Below are positions 8,679 to 17,470 of a stretch of DNA of 64,000 nt, piece after piece. Below the pieces are notes generated by a model. The model was not told the origin of the DNA. It searched no databases and worked only from the letters and a program-made list of their open reading frames with translations. The stretch is from an uncultured Clostridium sp. (lineage in GTDB: Bacteria > Bacillota > Clostridia > TANB77 > CAG-508), in assembly GCA_947575605.1 (NCBI GenBank), contig CANPNZ010000004.1, forward strand, positions 21,258 to 85,257, written 5' to 3'. A program made the position numbers and the translations under genes. How positions within the stretch are numbered: the first letter of the stretch is position 1; every line of letters starts with the position of its first letter.

Positions 8679-9818
8679 TTGATAATAGCAGTAGTTGTAA
8701 TCTTAGTTTTAATCGTATTAGGATTAGTTGCCTATAATGTAACCATACATAAAAAAATACAAAAATTTAAAAATATGAACCAAAAGATTACCAATTTATA
8801 CGTTGTACAGGACTTTATGAATGCCATAGGAGAAACATCAACTGTAGAAGAAAAAATAAAGAAAATAAATGATATATTAATTGAACGATATGAAATCAAA
8901 TACTCAACCATTGTCGTATTTGATGGGGCAGAATATCAAGTAAAAGCTTCTAATGTAGATGAAAAGCACTGGAATTCTTTAAAAGCCTTACAAAATGTAG
9001 ATATGTTCAAAGACAGTATACAATCAGCAACCCCTAAATATGTAACCGTAAACAATGAAAATGAAAGACTTCCTTATCAAGAAATGGAATTTGGAAGAGC
9101 TAAATCAGCTATCTTTTTCCCTCTTTATATCGATAATGTCTATATTGGATATTGGATATTAGAAAGTGGAACACCACATGACTTTGACAATGTAGATACC
9201 ACAGTATTAGAAGTAATTAAGGAAAATATTGTTTCTGTATTAAAAACCGTAGTCCATCAAAAAACGTTGGAATCTATTGTAAGAAAAGACTTATTTACGG
9301 GATTATATTCAGAAGAATATTTGTATGGTGAAGGAAAGAAAATTATAGACCAATATACCGTATCAACCATATGTATGTTTAAAATAATTAACATTCAAGA
9401 AATTAATAGAAATTATAGTAGAGAATTAGGAAACAAAGTAATTACCAAAATTAGTGAATACATAGCACAAAATATTGCAGAAGATTATGTATTTGTAAGA
9501 TATATGGGACCAAAATTTGTTATTGCTTTTTCAGGAGTTGAAGCAGATGGAGTAGCAGACTTCTTAAATGAAATAAAAGAAAAAATTGAAACAACACCAA
9601 TTGAATTAACCCAGCAAGAAATACAAGATTTAAATTTAGAAGTTAAGCTAGCAAGAAAGGCTTTTGATGCAACGGATAACAAACAAATAGCAATACCAAA
9701 ATTGAATTTTGTTATATCATCCTATTATAAAGGAACAGGGCTAGAAGAAGTTTTAAAGAAACAAGAAGAATATTTGGATCATGCCAGTACAATAGAAAGT
9801 GATATAACAAATTTATAA
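8679..9818 (+). CDS. membrane-anchored GAF-like plus degenerate GGDEF domain protein
   Basis: TTG start after GAGGAGGG. N-terminal TM helix. DLFTGLYSEEY and a VRYMGPKFVIAF block where GGDEF is expected, so the active site is not conserved. Confidence 0.65.
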   Translation: MIIAVVVILVLIVLGLVAYNVTIHKKIQKFKNMNQKITNLYVVQDFMNAIGETSTVEEKIKKINDILIERYEIKYSTIVVFDGAEYQVKASNVDEKHWNSLKALQNVDMFKDSIQSATPKYVTVNNENERLPYQEMEFGRAKSAIFFPLYIDNVYIGYWILESGTPHDFDNVDTTVLEVIKENIVSVLKTVVHQKTLESIVRKDLFTGLYSEEYLYGEGKKIIDQYTVSTICMFKIINIQEINRNYSRELGNKVITKISEYIAQNIAEDYVFVRYMGPKFVIAFSGVEADGVADFLNEIKEKIETTPIELTQQEIQDLNLEVKLARKAFDATDNKQIAIPKLNFVISSYYKGTGLEEVLKKQEEYLDHASTIESDITNL

Positions 9819-9885
9819 TGTTTTTTAAGTTGTAAAATAGAATAAAGGATAGGCAAGAACAAGAAATAAGGAGGAGCGATTAGAG

Positions 9886-10143
9886 ATGGAATTTGATAAG
9901 ACAATGCATTTTGAAGTCGAAAGAGAAGAAAATTTAAAATGTAGAGAAATACTAAAAGAGGTATATGAATCATTAGTAGAAAAAGGTTACAATCCAATTA
10001 ATCAAATCGTTGGCTACATTTTATCAGGAGACCCAACCTATATTACAAGTCATAACGATGCTAGAAATAAAATAAGAACAATTGAAAGAGACGAACTATT
10101 AGAAAAGATGGTAAAAGATTATATAGGATTAGAAGAAAAATAA
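9886..10143 (+). CDS. ireB: IreB/UPF0297 family regulatory protein
   Basis: 85 aa. ...[36 protein letters not shown]... is typical of UPF0297. Conserved neighbourhood with ruvX and DUF1292. Confidence 0.85.
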   Translation: MEFDKTMHFEVEREENLKCREILKEVYESLVEKGYNPINQIVGYILSGDPTYITSHNDARNKIRTIERDELLEKMVKDYIGLEEK

Positions 10144-10144
10144 T

Positions 10145-10567
10145 ATGAGAATGTTAGGAATTGATTATGGAGAAGCTAGAGTAGGGATAGCTATAACAGA
10201 TGCCTTGAACATTACCGTACAAGGCTTAGAAACCGTACAAAGAAATGGCTCTGATAAAGTGGTTTTAAGAAGATTAGATGAAATTTTAGAACAATACGAA
10301 ATTGGGACAATTGTGGTAGGAATGCCACTAAATATGAATGGAACCATATCAGAGAGAGCTAAAATAACAGAACAATTTATCCATAAATTAAAATGTAAAT
10401 ATAATCAAATAAAAATAGAGGCTGTTGATGAAAGATTAACAACAGTTGAAGCACATAGAACGATGAACTTTTTAGATGTCAATAAGAATAAAAAGAAAAA
10501 TATAGTAGATACTATATCTGCGACTTATATATTGGAAACTTATTTGAATAAAGGCATTGCAAAATAA
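10145..10567 (+). CDS. ruvX: Holliday junction resolvase-like nuclease RuvX/YqgF
   Basis: 140 aa. N-terminal LGIDYGEARVGIA, then VVGMPLNMNGT and DERLTT, the YqgF hallmarks. Confidence 0.9.
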   Translation: MRMLGIDYGEARVGIAITDALNITVQGLETVQRNGSDKVVLRRLDEILEQYEIGTIVVGMPLNMNGTISERAKITEQFIHKLKCKYNQIKIEAVDERLTTVEAHRTMNFLDVNKNKKKNIVDTISATYILETYLNKGIAK

Positions 10568-10630
10568 ATTAAATTAGGTTATTATATTAAATATAAATAT
10601 AATGAATTAAAAATTGAAAGGAGAAAAAGA

Positions 10631-10939
10631 ATGGAAGAAAACTTTGAAGGAGAAGAACTAGATAACATAGTAATATTAAATGATGAAGAAGGAAACGAAG
10701 TAAAATTTGAATTTTTAGATTTAGTAGAATTAGATGATGAAGAATATGTAGTATTATTACCTGTTACAGAAGAAGGAGAAGAGGAAGAAGGGGAAGTTGT
10801 AATACTAAAAGTAGAAGATACAGATGATGAAGAAGCAGACGAAGAATCCTATGTAAGCATTGAAGATGAAGAAATATTAAATAAAGTATTTGAAATATTC
10901 AAAGAAAAATTCAAAGATGATTTCGATTTTGTAGATTAA
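10631..10939 (+). CDS. DUF1292 (UPF0473) acidic protein
   Basis: 102 aa, highly acidic. ...LNDEEGNEVKFEFLDLVELDDEEYVVLLP... Conserved position after ruvX. Confidence 0.8.
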   Translation: MEENFEGEELDNIVILNDEEGNEVKFEFLDLVELDDEEYVVLLPVTEEGEEEEGEVVILKVEDTDDEEADEESYVSIEDEEILNKVFEIFKEKFKDDFDFVD

Positions 10940-10965
10940 TAAACAAACAAAGGCGTGTCCATTTG

Positions 10966-11094
10966 ATGTCCATTGGGGACGGTTCTAAATGGACATCGCT
11001 GTCAAGTTGCCATAGGGGACGATCCTTTTTGGCAACTTTCTTGTTATTGAATTAAATTAGTAATGTCCATTAAGAACCGTCCCCAATGGACATT
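10966..11094. repeat. family-A hairpin repeat cluster (three TGGGGACGG-core hairpins; the outer two are inverted)
   Basis: 10966-10996 ATGTCCAT-TGGGGACGGTTCT-AAATGGACAT. 11006-11036 GTTGCCA-TAGGGGACGATCCTTTT-TGGCAAC. 11062-11094 is the reverse complement of the first. Confidence 0.85.
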
Positions 11095-11119
11095 TGATAA
11101 AAAAGAGGAGGAAAAACAA

Positions 11120-11611
11120 ATGAAAAATTTTTCAACTTGGATCTTAGTCATGTTTATGGCAATGTTTTGGATTTTGAGAATTATCGTAGCATTTACCTAT
11201 GAAATGGGAGGAAGCTTTGGCGGAATAGAACCATTTAATCAAACAATGGAAATCATACTATTATTTGTTGTTTTAGTATGTATGTTATTTATTATAAAAA
11301 GAAAAATAATAGGAGCTCTTATTTATCTACTAGCTTATGGTATGTATTTTGGGCCTAGTTTAATTACAACAATTACATCATTAAGTGAAGCAACAGCAGA
11401 AATAAGTGCATCTGCTATGGGAATGTATTTGAATGCCTTTGTATCCTTAATTGGAATTACCATTCCAGTAGCCGTATTGTTTGATTTATTATTAGATAAA
11501 AATAGAAAAGCAAATCCGAAAGATAAAAAAACAGATTGGTTTTATAAAAATGAACAATTTGACAGAAAAATGGATGATAGGGCCGATAAAAATAATTATA
11601 GAACGATGTAA
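11120..11611 (+). CDS. hypothetical polytopic membrane protein
   Basis: ATG at 11120 preceded by GAGGAGG. The longer track ORF starts inside the repeat. Four predicted TM helices and a charged C-terminal tail. Confidence 0.65.
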   Translation: MKNFSTWILVMFMAMFWILRIIVAFTYEMGGSFGGIEPFNQTMEIILLFVVLVCMLFIIKRKIIGALIYLLAYGMYFGPSLITTITSLSEATAEISASAMGMYLNAFVSLIGITIPVAVLFDLLLDKNRKANPKDKKTDWFYKNEQFDRKMDDRADKNNYRTM

Positions 11612-11649
11612 TTGATGAAGGTTGCCAATTATGTTAGAAGGAGAAAAAA

Positions 11650-12330
11650 ATGATAATAATAGGAATTGTAGCTAAACCAATAAGTCAAGGAGAGTCTTTG
11701 TGGACGAAACAAAAAATAACAGATGAATTTAGAAAAATAGTAATTGAAAATGGAGCAATAGCAATAGGAGTTTTACCAACCAACGTTAATTATAATGAGG
11801 ATATGACACAAGAAGAAAAGGAAAGATTTGATAAAATTTTGAATTTATGTGATGGATTTATATTACAAGGAGGCTGGCAAACAGGAAAACATGAAATATA
11901 TGTTGCTAAATATGCCATTGAAAATGATATTCCTTTGTTAGGAACTTGCTGTGGTATAAACAATATTTTATTTTCACAAGGAGATACAGTACAAAGTGAA
12001 AGAAATGAGTCACATAATGTTTATGATGTTAATTATAGACATGATATAGTAATTGATGAATCATCAAAATTATATCAATTACTTGGCGAGAATAAAATAG
12101 TAGGTGTTAATAGTATTCATAATGTTATGATAAAGGATATGGATGTACATCACTTTGATATAGTAGCTCATGATTTAGACGGATTTGTAGAAGCTATTGA
12201 ATTGAAAGATAAGAGATTTTGTCTTGGTTTAAAATGGCATCCAGAAATAATGGAAGAAGATAATATGAAAAATATTTTTAAAGAGTTTGTGAAAGCATGT
12301 GATAAATATAATGAAATAAAGAATGTTTAA
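11650..12330 (+). CDS. class I glutamine amidotransferase-like / peptidase C26 gamma-glutamyl hydrolase family protein
   Basis: Nucleophile elbow LGTCCGIN and C-terminal LKWHPE, as in C26/PuuD-type enzymes. Confidence 0.75.
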   Translation: MIIIGIVAKPISQGESLWTKQKITDEFRKIVIENGAIAIGVLPTNVNYNEDMTQEEKERFDKILNLCDGFILQGGWQTGKHEIYVAKYAIENDIPLLGTCCGINNILFSQGDTVQSERNESHNVYDVNYRHDIVIDESSKLYQLLGENKIVGVNSIHNVMIKDMDVHHFDIVAHDLDGFVEAIELKDKRFCLGLKWHPEIMEEDNMKNIFKEFVKACDKYNEIKNV

Positions 12331-12374
12331 AAATAGTTTTGCATACAGATTTTAGGATAGAAGGGTAGAAAAAA

Positions 12375-13526
12375 ATGTCGGTAAAAAAGATAAAAGAACT
12401 AGGAAAAGTGCATTCAAAAGAAAATTTCGAAACATTGTTAAAATTGTACAAAGAAGATATATCAATTGAGGAAAAAAGAGAAGTGGTTTCTTCAATTGGA
12501 AGGCAGAAAGATGAGGAAGCTATTTACAAATTTTTAGAAGAAAATGCATTTAAGAAAAACTATATGGATATAATTTATCAAATGTTTAGGACATGCTTAG
12601 TATATTATAAAAATGAAAAATTTAAAAAACTGTGTGATAAAATGAAATCATATTATAATAACGAGATTATGAATAAAATGTATGAATATAAAATGGCACC
12701 AAAATTTAATGCTAAAAAAGTATTTCATAAGAGTTCTATTACAAAGCCAACACTATTAGAAGGAAACAATATAGAAACAATCAAAAAAATTAAGGATGGT
12801 GATATACATTTAATATTTACTTCACCTCCATACTATAATGCACGTGAATATTCAGATTATATCAATTATCAAAAATATTTAGAAGATTTAAAAAAAGTGT
12901 TTATAGAGTGTAATAGAGTATTGGAAGAGGGTCGTTTTTTAATAGTAGATATTTCACCAGTTATTACCAAAAGACCTGGTAGAGAATATGAATCGATTCG
13001 TTATCCGATTCATTTTGACTTACACAATGTTTTGGTAGAATCAGGTTTTTATTTTATCGATGAAATAATTTGGGAAAAACCAGAACCTTCTGTGCCTAAT
13101 AGAATAGGTGGATACATTCAAACTTTGAATCCTTTGGCCTATAAACCAAATTGTGTTACAGAAAGTATAATGGTTTATCGAAAAAATTGTAATTTTTTAT
13201 TGGATTATAACATAAATAAATATACAACTAAAGAAGACTATAAAAAGAATGATAATACAATAGATCGTTCTAATATATGGAAAATTGCTCCATCCAGTAA
13301 TAAAAATCATCCAGCTATATTTCCAGAAGATTTATGTAAAAAAATACTTAAATATTATTCGTATAAAGGAGATGTTGTCTTAGATCCTTTTGCTGGAATT
13401 GGTACTTTTGGGCGAGTAGCTAATGAAATGGGTAGAATTCCAGTGTTATGTGAAATAAATGAAAAATATATTGAAATAATAAAAGGAGATAATATTTATG
13501 ATGACATTTCAAAAACAAGTAATTGA
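12375..13526 (+). CDS. beta-class N4-cytosine/N6-adenine DNA methyltransferase with an N-terminal helical (HEAT-like) extension
   Basis: Motif IV TSPPYYN precedes motif I VLDPFAGIGT (permuted beta order). HPAIFPEDL. About 130 aa of extra N-terminal helical repeats. Confidence 0.85.
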   Translation: MSVKKIKELGKVHSKENFETLLKLYKEDISIEEKREVVSSIGRQKDEEAIYKFLEENAFKKNYMDIIYQMFRTCLVYYKNEKFKKLCDKMKSYYNNEIMNKMYEYKMAPKFNAKKVFHKSSITKPTLLEGNNIETIKKIKDGDIHLIFTSPPYYNAREYSDYINYQKYLEDLKKVFIECNRVLEEGRFLIVDISPVITKRPGREYESIRYPIHFDLHNVLVESGFYFIDEIIWEKPEPSVPNRIGGYIQTLNPLAYKPNCVTESIMVYRKNCNFLLDYNINKYTTKEDYKKNDNTIDRSNIWKIAPSSNKNHPAIFPEDLCKKILKYYSYKGDVVLDPFAGIGTFGRVANEMGRIPVLCEINEKYIEIIKGDNIYDDISKTSN

Positions 13527-14376
13527 TAATACCATAGAAAAATTATTAAAAGGACAAGATTATCGTGAAGAAGTTATTAATGCGATTAATGCGGAATTTT
13601 TTGATTTTGCCATTTCATTTTTTAAGGAAATTGTAAGAGCCAAATTAGATTCCGAAGAAATAAGTCTAGAGTGGTATAAAAGATATTTTATAAATAATGA
13701 TGACTTTAGCCCAGCAGATAGTGCGATTTTTGCTGGAATGAATAAGAAAACAATCACTAATATTTATGGAACTGCTTCAAAAGAAGTAGTTTTAGATGTT
13801 GCCAATACGAATTTTGATTATCTTTCTACTTTAGTAGAGGAATTAAAACAAGATAGTTCTGATGAAATAGGAATTTCTATAAAACTTAATTATAAAGAGG
13901 TTTATGTAGAACTCAATTTAGCAGAAAGCTTGTTAGTGATTAATGCATTAGCAACCAAGAAAGCAGCTATTAGAGGAGGTGCATGGAGTTCAATTGGTAA
14001 AAAAGTGGAAAAACCTTTAGTTACTAAATTATGTATACTAAGTGGTGTTCCTAAAGAATATATGGATTCCAGTATTTTCACTAGAAATATGGAACTTGAT
14101 TATGATAGGGAAGTAGATTATAAGTTATTTGATATAGATAGGAATTATATACGTGTAGAAGTAAAATTAATGGGAAGAGGCAACCCTGAGAGTGCAGATG
14201 TAATTTATGCTAGGGATACAAGGTTATTTATTGCTGATACATTAAGTCAACAAAATAAAAATCAATTTGATAGTAATAATATTCCCTACATCGAAATGAA
14301 AAATAATAAAAATGTTCTTAGTGATTTTAAAAAAGCTTTAAGAAAACTAAAAGTTCCTTATACAAAATGTAACTAA
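13498..14376 (+). CDS. putative type II restriction endonuclease partnered with the methyltransferase
   Basis: Overlaps the MTase gene by 29 nt. RBS AAAGGAG. Candidate PD-(D/E)xK signature ..EVDYKLF..x..IRVEVKL. No other recognisable family. Confidence 0.55.
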   Translation: MMTFQKQVIDNTIEKLLKGQDYREEVINAINAEFFDFAISFFKEIVRAKLDSEEISLEWYKRYFINNDDFSPADSAIFAGMNKKTITNIYGTASKEVVLDVANTNFDYLSTLVEELKQDSSDEIGISIKLNYKEVYVELNLAESLLVINALATKKAAIRGGAWSSIGKKVEKPLVTKLCILSGVPKEYMDSSIFTRNMELDYDREVDYKLFDIDRNYIRVEVKLMGRGNPESADVIYARDTRLFIADTLSQQNKNQFDSNNIPYIEMKNNKNVLSDFKKALRKLKVPYTKCN

Positions 14377-14402
14377 ATAATCAAAATAAAGGAGAAAATG
14401 TT

Positions 14403-15347
14403 TTGAATAATAAAAAAAATAAGAAAAATGATAATCAAGAGGTATTTTCTAAAGTTTCCATCAACTGGTATCCAGGTCATATGGCAAAAACCAGAAGGCA
14501 AATAGAAAGTGATTTAAAAATAGTAGACATAGTAATAGAAATATTAGATGCAAGAATTCCAATATCCAGTCAAAATCCAGACATAGGAAATATCATAAAA
14601 AGAAAGAAAAAAATCATAGTATTAAATAAAAGCGATTTAGCAGACGAAAAGAAAAATCAATTATGGATACAATATTTCGAAAAAAAGGGTGTACCAGCAG
14701 TGCTAGTAGATTCTAATTCTGGGAAAGGAATCGACCAGTGTATCAGAAAAATAGAAAACATGATGAATATCGATAGGCAAGCACAAGTAGAAAAAGGAAG
14801 AATAGGAAGAAAGATTAGAGCCATGATATTAGGAATTCCGAATGTTGGAAAATCATCTTTTATTAATCGTATTTCAAAAAGAACCACAGCAGGAGTAGGA
14901 AATAAGCCAGGCGTAACGAAGCAAAAACAATGGATACGTATCAATGATAAAATAGAATTATTAGACACGCCAGGTGTATTATGGCCAAAATTTGAAAGTG
15001 AAGAAGTAGCATTAAATTTAGCTTATACAGGAACCATTAAAGAAGATATATTAGAAAGAGTAGATATTGCGTACTATTTAACAAAGTTTTTATTAGAAAA
15101 TGATAGAAAAAAATTATGTGAAAGATACAAAATACCAGAAAAATTAATAGAGGAGAAAATGCAACAAGAGCAACCAGAAAACGAAAATATTTATGAAATT
15201 ATGTTAGAAATAGGAAAGAAGAGAGGCTGTATTATTTCTGGTGGTAAAATAGACGAAGAAAAGACAGCAAGAATATTATTAGATGAATTCAAAAATGGAA
15301 TCATGGGAAGAATCACCATAGAATGTCCTATTGGGGACGGTTCTTAA
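14403..15347 (+). CDS. rbgA: ribosome biogenesis GTPase A (YlqF/RbgA)
   Basis: WYPGHMAKTRR. Circularly permuted GTPase motifs NKSDL...GIPNVGKSS...DTPG. The last 8 codons and the stop lie inside a family-A hairpin. Confidence 0.9.
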   Translation: MNNKKNKKNDNQEVFSKVSINWYPGHMAKTRRQIESDLKIVDIVIEILDARIPISSQNPDIGNIIKRKKKIIVLNKSDLADEKKNQLWIQYFEKKGVPAVLVDSNSGKGIDQCIRKIENMMNIDRQAQVEKGRIGRKIRAMILGIPNVGKSSFINRISKRTTAGVGNKPGVTKQKQWIRINDKIELLDTPGVLWPKFESEEVALNLAYTGTIKEDILERVDIAYYLTKFLLENDRKKLCERYKIPEKLIEEKMQQEQPENENIYEIMLEIGKKRGCIISGGKIDEEKTARILLDEFKNGIMGRITIECPIGDGS

Positions 15348-15354
15348 TGGACAT
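15323..15354. repeat. family-A hairpin overlapping the 3' end of rbgA
   Basis: ATGTCCTAT-TGGGGACGGTTCT-TAATGGACAT. The TAA stop of rbgA (15345-15347) is inside it. Confidence 0.8.
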
Positions 15355-15379
15355 ATTTTAATAAAAAAGGAAGTAACAA

Positions 15380-15790
15380 ATGGAAGAATGGATTAATATA
15401 AATAGACCAGAAGAAGAAATTAATTTATTATCACCACTAACTTGGGCCTATGTAGGTGATTGTGTATACGAATTGTATATAAGAACTAATTTGGTAAACA
15501 AAACGAATTTAAAACCACACAAATTACATATTGAAACGATAAGATTTGTAAAAGCAAAAAGTCAAGCAAAAATGTTAGAAAAATTGCAGGAGGAATTGAC
15601 AGAGGAAGAAAAAGATATTGTAAGACGTGGAAGAAATGCAGAAAGTCATCATTTACCGAAAAATGCAAATGTACAAGAATATAAATATGCTACTGCTTTT
15701 GAAGCTTTAATTGGATATTTGTATTTAACGAAAAAGTTTGGAAGATTAAAAGAGATTTTGGATCTAGTAGTTGACGAAATCAAAAAATAA
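15380..15790 (+). CDS. mrnC: Mini-ribonuclease 3
   Basis: 136 aa. LTWAYVGDCVYELYIR, RGRN, ATAFEALIGYLYL; RNase III-like catalytic domain without a dsRBD. Confidence 0.85.
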   Translation: MEEWININRPEEEINLLSPLTWAYVGDCVYELYIRTNLVNKTNLKPHKLHIETIRFVKAKSQAKMLEKLQEELTEEEKDIVRRGRNAESHHLPKNANVQEYKYATAFEALIGYLYLTKKFGRLKEILDLVVDEIKK

Positions 15791-15815
15791 TGATATAAAT
15801 AATAAGTATTGACAA

Positions 15816-15890
15816 GGCCCCTTGGTCAAGCGGTTAAGACGCCACCCTCTCAAGGTGGAATCATGGGTTCGATTCCCGTAGGGGTCACCA
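15816..15890 (+). tRNA. tRNA-Glu (anticodon CTC)
   Basis: GGCCCCT acceptor, 3-bp D stem typical of tRNA-Glu, anticodon stem CCACC/GGTGG with loop CTCTCAA, T-loop GGTTCGATTCC, encoded CCA. Confidence 0.85.
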
Positions 15891-15966
15891 AAACGTTCCA
15901 AAAACCAAAATGTATTTTTTTGTAGGAGGTTTCGCTGTAAGCCTACCACTGAAATTAGACAAAATT

Positions 15967-15999
15967 AAAACTCACTGATTTTACAAGTGAGTTTTTTTT
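15967..15999 (+). terminator. intrinsic terminator after tRNA-Glu
   Basis: 10-bp stem AAAACTCACT/AGTGAGTTTT, 9-nt loop, followed by a T-run. Confidence 0.7.
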
Positions 16000-16828
16000 C
16001 ATTTACTTGATTATTAAGTTTCTCAAAGCTAAAAACATTTCTATATCTTGCATTTACTGACTTATTAGTTATACTACTGAAAGCTAAAAACATTTCAACT
16101 TTTTTCATTTCCTACTATTATTTTCTTGTTTATATTTCTTCTAATCTTCCCTTTATTACTTAATATATGTATGTATTTATTCTATTAGATTTTACTTGTC
16201 CGCTTCTTATTGTTATTCTTACTTTAATTGTTGTTTATTTCCTCTTCAAGCATTGTTTATTCATTTACTGGAAAAGGTTTTGCTCAAAACTGAAAAACTT
16301 GTTTAAAGTCTTTCTTAATCTAAACTAATTATTGTTACTTTTTAGTATTTATTTCTTTGATTTTTTCTTTTAATGTATTAGAAACATCTTCCAACAAACG
16401 AGATATATCTATTACCATTATTTTTATATATTCTTTGTCATCATCATTATAGTATTTAATCTGTTTTAGTTGTTGCATTATTTCCCTTACTTGTTTTCAT
16501 ATTTTATCAAAAGCCTTATATATATTAACTCTTGTTTCTTCTTCCTTTATTATTCTTACCATTTCTATTACCTACTTTCTTATATTTTCACTAATTCGGT
16601 TATTCTTTATCTTAAACTTATCTTATTTCAGTTGAAAATTGTGTTTAAGAGTTGTTTATTGTTTTAGTGGGAAAGGTTACGGCTCAAACTAGAAAAATGC
16701 TTAAAAAGTGTTATGGACTGTTATTGTATTATTGATAGATTTATGCTGATATTAGTTAATTTAAGACATAAGAAAAACCAGTTAACTTAATAACTGGCTT
16801 ATATAATGTTTATATTGATTTTTATGTA

Positions 16829-17470
16829 TTATTTTTCTACTTCTATTGATACAGAACAACCATAGTCACTTTCTGAATTAAGACGAGTATGTAGTCCTTT
16901 TACATTTGTATCTAATGGTAAAGCATCTATATCTTCTGGATTAGCTCTATTTGTAGCTACATATATTAGCTTGTCTATAAGTACATTTTCCATTTTGCCT
17001 ATATCTTCATAGCTCTTTTTATTTGCTAATGAAATATATGAAAATGTGATTTTCTTAGTTTTGCCATTTAATAAAGTGATTTTTGCTACTATTTTATCAA
17101 CACCACCATCAAGCATATAAAATTTTTCTGTACTAGTAGAGTCCGAAGCTTTTTCAAATTGACTTTTATTTTTATTAAAAGCTTCTGCAATTAATGTTAG
17201 TGTTTCTTGCTCTGTAAGTTTAAGTGTAAAATCATTTGTATCAATGAAATCGTAGTATTCTTTTTCTTTGACATTATCTATAGCAGTATTGGTTTTACTA
17301 TTTTCTTGTGAAATAGGTTTTTGTGGTACATTGGAGCTGATAGAAATAATGACAGAAATAACAATTATAAATAAAAAAGCAACTAGTCCAATTTTTATTA
17401 TTTTCTTATTACCAAACATAATAACACCTCCTTTTCTTGTTATATGTGTATTAAATAAAACTAACAACAT
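16829..17470 (-). CDS. hypothetical membrane-anchored protein (island)
   Basis: 213-aa ORF with an N-terminal TM helix (IGLVAFLFIIVISVIISI). The real start is probably the internal MFGNKK. Confidence 0.55.
   Translation of the reverse strand: MLLVLFNTHITRKGGVIMFGNKKIIKIGLVAFLFIIVISVIISISSNVPQKPISQENSKTNTAIDNVKEKEYYDFIDTNDFTLKLTEQETLTLIAEAFNKNKSQFEKASDSTSTEKFYMLDGGVDKIVAKITLLNGKTKKITFSYISLANKKSYEDIGKMENVLIDKLIYVATNRANPEDIDALPLDTNVKGLHTRLNSESDYGCSVSIEVEK

Noticed and set aside
10966-11094. The TGGGGACGG hairpins as a CRISPR array
   Set aside because: Repeats occur in both orientations, with irregular spacing of 10-65 nt, at most three per locus, scattered over the window, and with no cas genes.
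15809-15814. TTGACA directly upstream of tRNA-Glu as its promoter -35
   Set aside because: It ends 1 nt before the mature tRNA 5' end, so it cannot serve as a -35 for this gene. The tRNA is more likely co-transcribed with mrnC.
15764-15949. 61-aa minus-strand ORF
   Set aside because: It is the antisense translation of tRNA-Glu.
16470-16667. 65-aa + strand ORF in the T-rich tract
   Set aside because: It has Phe/Leu/Tyr/Ser low-complexity composition dictated by the T-rich strand and has no RBS.
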